From contig CAYUJV010000001.1 of the NCBI GenBank assembly GCA_964445085.1, positions 812 to 64,811 of the forward strand: a DNA stretch of 64,000 nt. The letters run 5' to 3'. Below the pieces are notes generated by a model. The model had not been told where the DNA came from. It ran no database searches and saw nothing but the letters and a program-made list of their open reading frames with translations. Source of the stretch: an uncultured Burkholderiales bacterium. Its GTDB lineage: Bacteria; Pseudomonadota; Gammaproteobacteria; Burkholderiales; Thiobacteraceae. The position numbers and the translations under genes are program-made. Each line of letters starts with the position of its first letter. The stretch's first letter is position 1. This document shows, piece by piece, positions 57,573 through 64,000 of this stretch.

Positions 57573-57798
57573 CGTCGTACAAGCCCAACAGAGGGGTCGG
57601 GAACGTGCCCGCGGCCGCCGCTCACGACGATACGCCGCCAAGGCCCGGCAAAGCGGGCACTCCAGGTCTCAGCCGGTCGCCCGTTGCAGGCGTAGCCGGC
57701 CGACATCGGCGCTGCATCGTGAGGATGCCTAGCGCCACGCTCGGGCCCAACGGCGACAACTGCTTTTGGTTTGAGTCCGTGTTTTCCAGAGACAGGCC

Positions 57799-59001
57799 CT
57801 ACCAGGCCGATTCCTTCTCCGGCGTGGAGGAAATCCTGTGGATCGAGAGGTCGGCGCCATTGAACTCCTGCTCCTGATCGAGGCGGATGCCGACGGTGGC
57901 CTTGAGCAGGCCATACACCAGGAAGCCGCCGACCAGGGCGATGGCGACGCCCAGCAGTGTCCCCGCGATCTGCGCGCCCAGCGTCACGCCGCCCAGGCCG
58001 CCCATGGCCTTGAGGCCGAAGATGCCGGCGGCGATGCCGCCCCGGGCGCCGCACAGGCCGTGCAGCGGCCATACGCCGAGGACGTCGTCGATCTTCCATT
58101 TGTTCTGGGTCAAGGTGAACATCCAGACGAACAGCCCGCCGGCGATGCCGCCGGTCACCAGCGCGCCCACCGGGTGCATGATGTCGGAGCCGGCGCACAC
58201 CGCCACCAGTCCCGCCAGCGGGCCGTTGTGCACGAAGCCCGGGTCGTTGCGGCCGGCGAGCAGGGCCGCCAGGGTGCCGCCGACCATGGCCATGAGCGAG
58301 TTCACGGCCACGAGGCCGCTGATCTTGTCGATGGCCTGGGCCGACATGACGTTGAAGCCGAACCAGCCGACGGTCAGGATCCACGCGCCGAGGGCGAGGA
58401 AAGGAATGCTCGACGGGGGATGCGCGGTCATCGCGCCGTCCTTGCGGTAGCGCCCGTGACGGGCCCCCAGCATCAGCACGGCGGCAAGCCCGATCCAGCC
58501 GCCCACGGCGTGCACCACCACCGACCCGGCGAAGTCATGGAACTCGGCGCCCAGGGTCGCCGCCGACCAGCCCTGGAAGCCGAGGTTCCGGTTCCAGACC
58601 AGGCCCTCGAAGAACGGATAGACGAAGCCCACGAGCAGGAAGGTCGCGGCAAGCTGCGGATGGAATTTGGCGCGCTCGGCAATGCCGCCCGAGACGATGG
58701 CCGGGATGGCTGCGGCGAAGGTAAGCAGGAAGAAGAACTTGACGAGTTCGTAGCCGTTTTTCTGCGCGAGCACCTCGGCACCGGACAGGAAGTGCACGCC
58801 GTAGGCGATGCCGTAGCCGATGAAGAAGTAGGCGACGGTCGATACGCAGAAATCGGTGAGAATCTTGACCAGCGCATTCACCTGATTTTTCTGGCGCACC
58901 GTCCCCAGCTCGAGGAAGGCGAATCCGGCGTGCATTGCCAGGACCATGACGGCCCCCAGCAGCACGAAAAGTGTGTCCGTCCCCAATTTCACGGCATCCA
59001 T
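57799..59001 (-). CDS. amt: ammonium transporter (Amt family)
   Basis: AMHAGFAFLELG, DFAGSVVVHAVGGW and VWPLHGLCG signatures. 400 aa. Confidence 0.92.
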   Translation of the reverse strand: MDAVKLGTDTLFVLLGAVMVLAMHAGFAFLELGTVRQKNQVNALVKILTDFCVSTVAYFFIGYGIAYGVHFLSGAEVLAQKNGYELVKFFFLLTFAAAIPAIVSGGIAERAKFHPQLAATFLLVGFVYPFFEGLVWNRNLGFQGWSAATLGAEFHDFAGSVVVHAVGGWIGLAAVLMLGARHGRYRKDGAMTAHPPSSIPFLALGAWILTVGWFGFNVMSAQAIDKISGLVAVNSLMAMVGGTLAALLAGRNDPGFVHNGPLAGLVAVCAGSDIMHPVGALVTGGIAGGLFVWMFTLTQNKWKIDDVLGVWPLHGLCGARGGIAAGIFGLKAMGGLGGVTLGAQIAGTLLGVAIALVGGFLVYGLLKATVGIRLDQEQEFNGADLSIHRISSTPEKESAW

Positions 59002-59035
59002 GGCTGAGCTCCCGAAAAAAATTCACCAACCCTAA

Positions 59036-59050
59036 GCAAGTTTTGTTCCG
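59036..59050 (-). promoter_or_regulatory. sigma54-like promoter (CGGAAC variant) of amt
   Basis: Minus strand reads CGGAAC-aaaac-TTGC, 35 bp upstream of the amt ATG. Confidence 0.45.
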
Positions 59051-59114
59051 TTTTCGCAACTCGCTGTAGATACGGTATTTTCTGGGTTTTTTTTGGGCGT
59101 CTGGGCAAGGCGTA

Positions 59115-59161
59115 CGATCCATTCTGGTGCGCCGACAAAAAATCTGCCCCGCTTTGGTGCC
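59115..59161. promoter_or_regulatory. two NtrC-like sites upstream of amt
   Basis: CGATCCATTCTGGTGCG (59115-59131) and TGCCCCGCTTTGGTGCC (59145-59161) resemble TGCACC-N5-GGTGCA, 65-110 bp from the -24 element. Confidence 0.35.
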
Positions 59162-59243
59162 GCCCTTTCCAAAAGTTAACCTAAAGATTGTTATGACATG
59201 TGCGTTATAAGTGACTCTTGCCCCAGACCATTGATGCCAGACC

Positions 59244-60569
59244 ATGTCCTGGAAATTCATCACCGCCGCGCGTCACGCAGGGCCGCAACATGCCCCCCAG
59301 CCATCCGAGGATGGGCGCGCGGAAGGCCGTGCGACGGGCAGCCGCGCACGGCTGACGGAGGAGGCGGTATTCATCGCGCGCCAGCCGATCTTCGACGCGA
59401 GCGAGCGCGTGGCGGGCTACCACTTGCTGTTTCGGAACTCCGGCCTGACGCCGGAGAAAGCGCCGGACTCCAGCAGCGAAGCCGCAAACCTGCTGGTGAA
59501 CATTCTGAACCGCTTCGGCGTCGCCCAGGCGTTGGGCGACAAGCGCGCGTTTCTGCAAGTGGATGCGGACATGCTTGCCAGCGACCTGATCGAGCTGGTG
59601 CCGCGAGAGCGCTTCGTTCTCGAATATCCGTCCGCACTGCTGGCCACGCCGGAGCTGACTGCGCGTTGCGCGCACCTGAAAATGCAGGGCTACCTCCTGG
59701 CGCGCACGGTCGGACCGGGGGAAACCGATCTCGCCAACGCGGCCGCGACGAGCACCTTCGTGGTATACGACCTGGCCCTGCAGCCCCTGCAGGAAATCCT
59801 GCGACTGGACCGCAGCGCCAAGACGCACAAGCAGCAGCGCCTGGTGCGCAGCGTCAACACCCGCGCCGATCTCGACAGCTGCAAGACCTTCTCCTTCGAC
59901 CTGTATCAGGGCCGCCTGTTTGCGCGGCCGGAGACGCTGTCGATGAATCGCCTGGACCCCGGGCGGGCGCGGGTGATGGAGATCTTCAACCTCGTGATCA
60001 ACCGGGCCGACATCGGCGAGATCGAGGACGCCTTCAAGCACGATGTCGCCCTGTGCTACGGCCTGTTGTGCTACATCAATTCGGTCGGCATCGGGCTGCA
60101 ATACAAGGTGTCCTCGATCCGCGATGCGGTGATGCTGCTGGGCTACGACTTCCTCTGGCGCTGGCTGAGCCTGCTGATCTTCGCCGGCGTCGATCTGACC
60201 GCCGCCCAGCGCGTGCTGCTCAACACCGCCGTGATCCGCGGCCGGCTGACGGAACTGCTGGGGCAGAGCAAGCTGTCCAGCAAGGATGGCAACTTCCTAT
60301 TCATCGTCGGCATCTTCTCGATGCTCGACGCACTGCTGGGCGTTCCCCTCGAGGACGTCGCCGCCAGGCTGCACCTGCCGCAGGAAGTATCGGACGCGCT
60401 GCTGACGCGTTCCGGTCGCTATGCGCCCTATCTGGAGCTGACGCTCGCCTTCGAAACGGACAATCTCGCACGCGCCCGCCAGCTGTGCGCCGAGCTGGAC
60501 ATCGATTTGAGCAGCGCCAGCCAGGCGCATCTGGCCGCGATCGAATGGGCGGGCGTGCTGGCCAAGTAG
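59244..60569 (+). CDS. EAL-like plus HDOD domain signalling protein
   Basis: FIARQPIFDASERVAGYHLLFR (EAL-type opening) and a C-terminal HDOD-like region (LLGYDFLWRWLSLL...). The start may be downstream of 59244. Confidence 0.7.
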   Translation: MSWKFITAARHAGPQHAPQPSEDGRAEGRATGSRARLTEEAVFIARQPIFDASERVAGYHLLFRNSGLTPEKAPDSSSEAANLLVNILNRFGVAQALGDKRAFLQVDADMLASDLIELVPRERFVLEYPSALLATPELTARCAHLKMQGYLLARTVGPGETDLANAAATSTFVVYDLALQPLQEILRLDRSAKTHKQQRLVRSVNTRADLDSCKTFSFDLYQGRLFARPETLSMNRLDPGRARVMEIFNLVINRADIGEIEDAFKHDVALCYGLLCYINSVGIGLQYKVSSIRDAVMLLGYDFLWRWLSLLIFAGVDLTAAQRVLLNTAVIRGRLTELLGQSKLSSKDGNFLFIVGIFSMLDALLGVPLEDVAARLHLPQEVSDALLTRSGRYAPYLELTLAFETDNLARARQLCAELDIDLSSASQAHLAAIEWAGVLAK

Positions 60570-60581
60570 GCGCAAGCCGCT

Positions 60582-60899
60582 TCAGACCGCCAGCCCGTTG
60601 CGGTGGGTCTTGTTGATCAGTTCGAGCAGGCCGCGGAACGGCATGAAGCGGCCGTACTGCTTCACCAAAGCCATGAACGGCAGGTCGGAGTCCGCCGGAA
60701 ACTGGTAGCGTCCGGCGGTCATGGCGTCGTAGAGTTCCCGCAGCTGCAGGTCGAGTTGGCCGACGTACTGGTTGTACATGGCCGTGTCGTCCATGTCCTC
60801 CTCTTCCATCATGCACGCGCGCAGCTCGTCCACCTCGTACACCGCCTGGTGCACGAGGTCCAGGTATTCGTCCCAGGTCGTCGGGCCTCTCATCTGCAT
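60582..60899 (-). CDS. hypothetical protein (105 aa) downstream of hdrB
   Basis: ORF 60582..60923; ATG 60899 preferred (MQMRGPTTWDEYLDLV...). Acidic, with no recognisable domain. Confidence 0.5.
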   Translation of the reverse strand: MQMRGPTTWDEYLDLVHQAVYEVDELRACMMEEEDMDDTAMYNQYVGQLDLQLRELYDAMTAGRYQFPADSDLPFMALVKQYGRFMPFRGLLELINKTHRNGLAV

Positions 60900-60969
60900 G
60901 GTCTTTCCTCTCCACAAAAGCACAGGGGCGGTTCGAGAACCGCCCCTGCCGATTCAACAACCCTGAATA

Positions 60970-61875
60970 TTATTTCTTCGCCGCGAACGCTTCCAGCTTG
61001 GGCGCCCTGATCAGCTGGCCGTCGAGGCCGGCGTCCTTGGCGGAACCGCCGTAGGCCAGGGTCATCAGCTGGCTGTAATACAGCACCGGGATGTTGAACT
61101 TGGTGCCGTAGCGCTTGTTGACGTCGCCCTGGTAGATCTCCACGTTCGCCTGACACAGCGGGCACGGCGTGACGATCATCTCGGCGCCGTGGTCGTAGGC
61201 CGACTCGACGATGTCCTTGATCTGCTTCTGCGCCTTTTCCGGCTCGGAGAATGCCAGCGCGCCGCCGCAGCAGGTCACTTTCTGGTCGTAGGCCACCGCT
61301 TCGCCGCCCATGGCCTCCACCAGCTTGTCCAGGTAGACCGGGTTCTCGAAGGACTCGCCCTGGATGCCGAACGGGCGGTTGGTCTGGCAGCCGACGTAGC
61401 CGGCGAACTTCATGCCCTCCAGCGGCTTCACCACGGGCTTCTTCAGCTCGTCGTAGCCGAAGTCCTCCACCAGCACTTCCACCATGTGGCGCACTTCGGC
61501 CTTGCCCTGGTACTGCAGGCCGGCTTCCTTGAGCGCTTCGTTGGCGTCGTTGCGCAGGGTCTCGCTGTGGTCGAGGCGCTCCTTGGTCTCGCGCGCGGAC
61601 AGCCAGCAGGCGGCGCAGGTCGCCACAACCTGCTGCCCGGCCAGCTCCTTCTCGGCCATGGCCAGGTTGCGCGCGTTCATCACGTGGCGCGGCAGCTCGC
61701 CGCCTTCGGCGTAGCCGATGGAGGCGCCGCAGCAGTTCCAGTCGGGAATCTCGTTGAGCTTGATGTCCAGGGTCTTGCACATGGACTCGACCGAGGTCAG
61801 GTAGTTGGATGCCGACGCCCCTTTCTGCGACGAGCAGCCGGGATAAAACGCGTATTCTTTCTTCGCCATTTCCAT
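60970..61875 (-). CDS. hdrB: heterodisulfide reductase subunit B-like protein (two CCG domains)
   Basis: YPGCSS...NCCGAS and GYVGCQ...TCCGG...PCPLCQ CCG-domain motifs. Confidence 0.85.
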   Translation of the reverse strand: MEMAKKEYAFYPGCSSQKGASASNYLTSVESMCKTLDIKLNEIPDWNCCGASIGYAEGGELPRHVMNARNLAMAEKELAGQQVVATCAACWLSARETKERLDHSETLRNDANEALKEAGLQYQGKAEVRHMVEVLVEDFGYDELKKPVVKPLEGMKFAGYVGCQTNRPFGIQGESFENPVYLDKLVEAMGGEAVAYDQKVTCCGGALAFSEPEKAQKQIKDIVESAYDHGAEMIVTPCPLCQANVEIYQGDVNKRYGTKFNIPVLYYSQLMTLAYGGSAKDAGLDGQLIRAPKLEAFAAKK

Positions 61876-61881
61876 GTCTCC

Positions 61882-62508
61882 TTAGGCCGCGAAGCCCTTG
61901 CGCTTGGCCTCGATTTCCTGGGCCTTTTTCAGCATGGCATGAATGCCCTTGGTGTCCTTGCAGCTGTGGCCCTTGAAGAATTCCATCGGGCTCAGGCGGC
62001 CGGCCTTCATCAGGCCGAGACCGACGTCCTTCATCGCGAGGCCGGTCTTGATGCCGCTGGCCAGGCCATCCTTGAAGTACAGGCCGAGGGACAGCTTCAG
62101 CTCGTTCACGCGGCCGGTCTTGACGATGTTGTCCCAGAACAGCTTGGCGAACTGGCGCGTCGGCTGGTTCTTGGGCGCCAGCCCGAGGCGGTGGGCGTAA
62201 TTGGCCAGGCCGTGCATGATGTGGGTGATGGGCAGCTTGCGCGGGCAGCGCACGATGCAGTTGTAGCAGGAGGTGCACATCCACATCGAGTCGGAGGTCA
62301 GCACCTCCTCGCGCTTGCCGGCGCGGATCATCATGAAGATTTCCTGGGGCGGATGCGCCCAGTGCGGGCCGAAGGGGCAGGAGCCCGAGCACACGCCGCA
62401 CTGCATGCACATCTTGACCCAGTCGCCCTCCTCGACGTTGGCCTCGACCTCTTTCAGGAAATTGTTGCCGTATTTCTTGACGGCTTGGGCATTCAGATCG
62501 CTCATCAT
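61882..62508 (-). CDS. hdrC: heterodisulfide reductase subunit C-like protein
   Basis: CMQCGVCSGSCP and CTSCYNCIVRCP [4Fe-4S] motifs. Confidence 0.85.
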   Translation of the reverse strand: MMSDLNAQAVKKYGNNFLKEVEANVEEGDWVKMCMQCGVCSGSCPFGPHWAHPPQEIFMMIRAGKREEVLTSDSMWMCTSCYNCIVRCPRKLPITHIMHGLANYAHRLGLAPKNQPTRQFAKLFWDNIVKTGRVNELKLSLGLYFKDGLASGIKTGLAMKDVGLGLMKAGRLSPMEFFKGHSCKDTKGIHAMLKKAQEIEAKRKGFAA

Positions 62509-62515
62509 CCGGCTC

Positions 62516-64000
62516 CTAGAACTTGAACGGGCTCATGCCGATTTCCATGATCTTGGCGGCATAGTCGTTGATCAGTTGCGGCACGCGCTCGATGTCGGTG
62601 ATGGCGACCTCGTAGTTCTGCACCCGCTCGGTTTCCAGGTTCAGGCTCTTCAGCGTCTCGTCCACCTTGGACAGGCGCACGCTGGCGATTTCGGAACCCT
62701 TCACGAAATGGCACTGGTACTGGTCGCCGTGCTTGCAGCCCATGAGCATCACGCCGTCGTAGCCGCTGTTGAGCGCGTCGGTGATCCAGATCAGGTTGGT
62801 CGAACCCAGGCAGCGCACCGGGATGACGCGCACGAAGGCGCTGTACTCGTTCTTCGCCATCCCTGCCATGTCCAGCGCCGGGTAGGCGTCGTTCTCGCAG
62901 GCGAGGATCAGGATGCGCGGCTTCTCGGAGAACTCGTCCGGCATGTCCACCGCCTTGATCTGCGAACCCACGGTGTCGATGGAGTAGTTCTCGAAGGAGA
63001 TCACGCGCACCGGGCAGGCGCCCATGCAGGTGCCGCAGCGGCGGCAGCGGGATTCGTTGAACACCGGGTAGCGCTTTTCGTCCTCGTCGATCGCGCCGAA
63101 GGGGCACTCCACCGTGCAGCGCTTGCACTGGGTGCAGCCCTCGAGGCGAACGCTCGGGAAGGACAGGTCGCCGGAGCGCGGGTGCGCCGCGCGGCCTACC
63201 GACGCGTTCTCGATGGCCTGGATCGCCTTCATCGCGGCGCCGGTGGCGTCTTCCATGGCCTGCGGGATGTCCATCGGCCGGCGCACCGGGCCCGCGGGAT
63301 AGATGCCGGTGCGGCGCGATTCGTAGGGGAAGCAGATGAAGTGCGAATCGGCGAAGCCGTTCACCAGCTGCGGCACGTCCGGACCCTGGCGGTAGTTCAG
63401 GTTGAGGATGGAGATGGGTTTCACTTCCACCCCTTCCTCCTGCTTGGCGTCGATGTTGACGCCGGAATTCGCCACCTGGCCGGTGGCCAGCACCACCAGG
63501 TCGGCGTCGATGCTGGCGTTCTCGTCGTTGAGGATCAGGTCGTGGAAGCTCACCTTGAGGCCGTTGCCGGCGGCATCCACGCTCTTCACCTTGCCCTTGG
63601 TGAAGGTCACGCCCTTCTGCTGGGCGCTGCGGTAGAAGTCCTCGCCATTGCCCGGGGTGCGCAGATCGTCGAACATCACCACGGTGTCCACGTTCGGGTT
63701 CTGGTCCTTGAAGTACATGGCCTGCTTGATGCTGGTCAGGCAGCAGGAGCCCGAGCAGTAGGGCAAATGCTGGCCGGTGGTGTCGCGCTGGCCCGCGCAC
63801 TGCACGAACACCACGCTTTTCACCTCGGTGCCGTCGGCGCGCTTGATCGGACCGCCGTTCGCCGCTTTCGCCAGCGCTTCCAGGCCCAGCTGATCGACCA
63901 CGTTGGCCTTGCCGCCGCCGAGTTCGGGGAGCTTGGCGATGTCGTAGGTGGTGAAGCCGGAGGCCTGCACGATGGAGCCGGCGTGCTCCTGGGTGATGCT
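62516..64000 (-). CDS. QmoB/HdrA-like flavoprotein with ferredoxin and MvhD-like C-terminal domains, partial (N-terminus beyond right edge)
   Basis: CTQCKRCTVECPFGAI, CRRCGTCMGACPV and the MvhD-like ILILACENDAYPALDMAG...VRCLGS...GYDGVMLMGCKHGDQYQCHF. The reading frame stays open to position 64000. Confidence 0.8.
   Translation of the reverse strand, partial: SITQEHAGSIVQASGFTTYDIAKLPELGGGKANVVDQLGLEALAKAANGGPIKRADGTEVKSVVFVQCAGQRDTTGQHLPYCSGSCCLTSIKQAMYFKDQNPNVDTVVMFDDLRTPGNGEDFYRSAQQKGVTFTKGKVKSVDAAGNGLKVSFHDLILNDENASIDADLVVLATGQVANSGVNIDAKQEEGVEVKPISILNLNYRQGPDVPQLVNGFADSHFICFPYESRRTGIYPAGPVRRPMDIPQAMEDATGAAMKAIQAIENASVGRAAHPRSGDLSFPSVRLEGCTQCKRCTVECPFGAIDEDEKRYPVFNESRCRRCGTCMGACPVRVISFENYSIDTVGSQIKAVDMPDEFSEKPRILILACENDAYPALDMAGMAKNEYSAFVRVIPVRCLGSTNLIWITDALNSGYDGVMLMGCKHGDQYQCHFVKGSEIASVRLSKVDETLKSLNLETERVQNYEVAITDIERVPQLINDYAAKIMEIGMSPFKF

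Overview
GC-rich proteobacterial chromosome segment (gene content looks like a diazotrophic, sulfur-oxidising beta/gamma-proteobacterium; the organism was not identified). It is dominated by a large nitrogen-fixation island. Left to right: (1) the 5' end of prkA (minus) with a sigma54 promoter. (2) About 4 kb of small genes I cannot annotate; three of them form an operon behind a NifA-type UAS plus sigma54 promoter. (3) An ISC-type Fe-S assembly operon, iscS-iscU-erpA-like-iscA-hscA-fdx. It carries a NifA UAS plus sigma54 promoter and lacks iscR, hscB and iscX. (4) ald. (5) nifV-cysE-nifW-fixABCX-[2Fe-2S] fdx-TPR (plus). (6) Convergent nifHDK-fdx-nifENX-DUF269-DUF683-fdxB-nifQ and a DUF4202 gene (minus). 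(7) An Rrf2 regulator and a divergent receiver-draT-draG-ArsC::SagB fusion-rhodanese::ankyrin operon. (8) A tightly packed 15-gene nifB operon (minus): nifB-fdxN-iscA(nif)-TPR-LRV-nifZ-nifZ-DUF3024-nifS-nifT, followed by five uncharacterised genes that include a Lys-less DegT-like protein and a SIR2-like protein. (9) nifA, of the C-X11-C-X19-C-X4-C type with no nifL. (10) zwf-tkt-pgm-glgP. (11) A MocR/cupin/SnoaL/LysE/thioesterase patch. (12) amt and an EAL-HDOD gene. (13) The 3' part of a qmoB(hdrA-like)-hdrC-hdrB cluster that runs off the right edge. I recognised no rRNA, tRNA, CRISPR array, transposase or integrase. nifU, nifM, nifY/nafY, nifL and rnf are not in this window. Ten -24/-12 promoters and seven regularly spaced TGT-N10-ACA sites (plus one orphan) can be read directly from the sequence; five of the seven, and the orphan, carry the extended TGTCGC half-site. 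Three dispersed palindromic repeat families occupy intergenic gaps. All function calls come from by-eye motif and family recognition. No database search was run.
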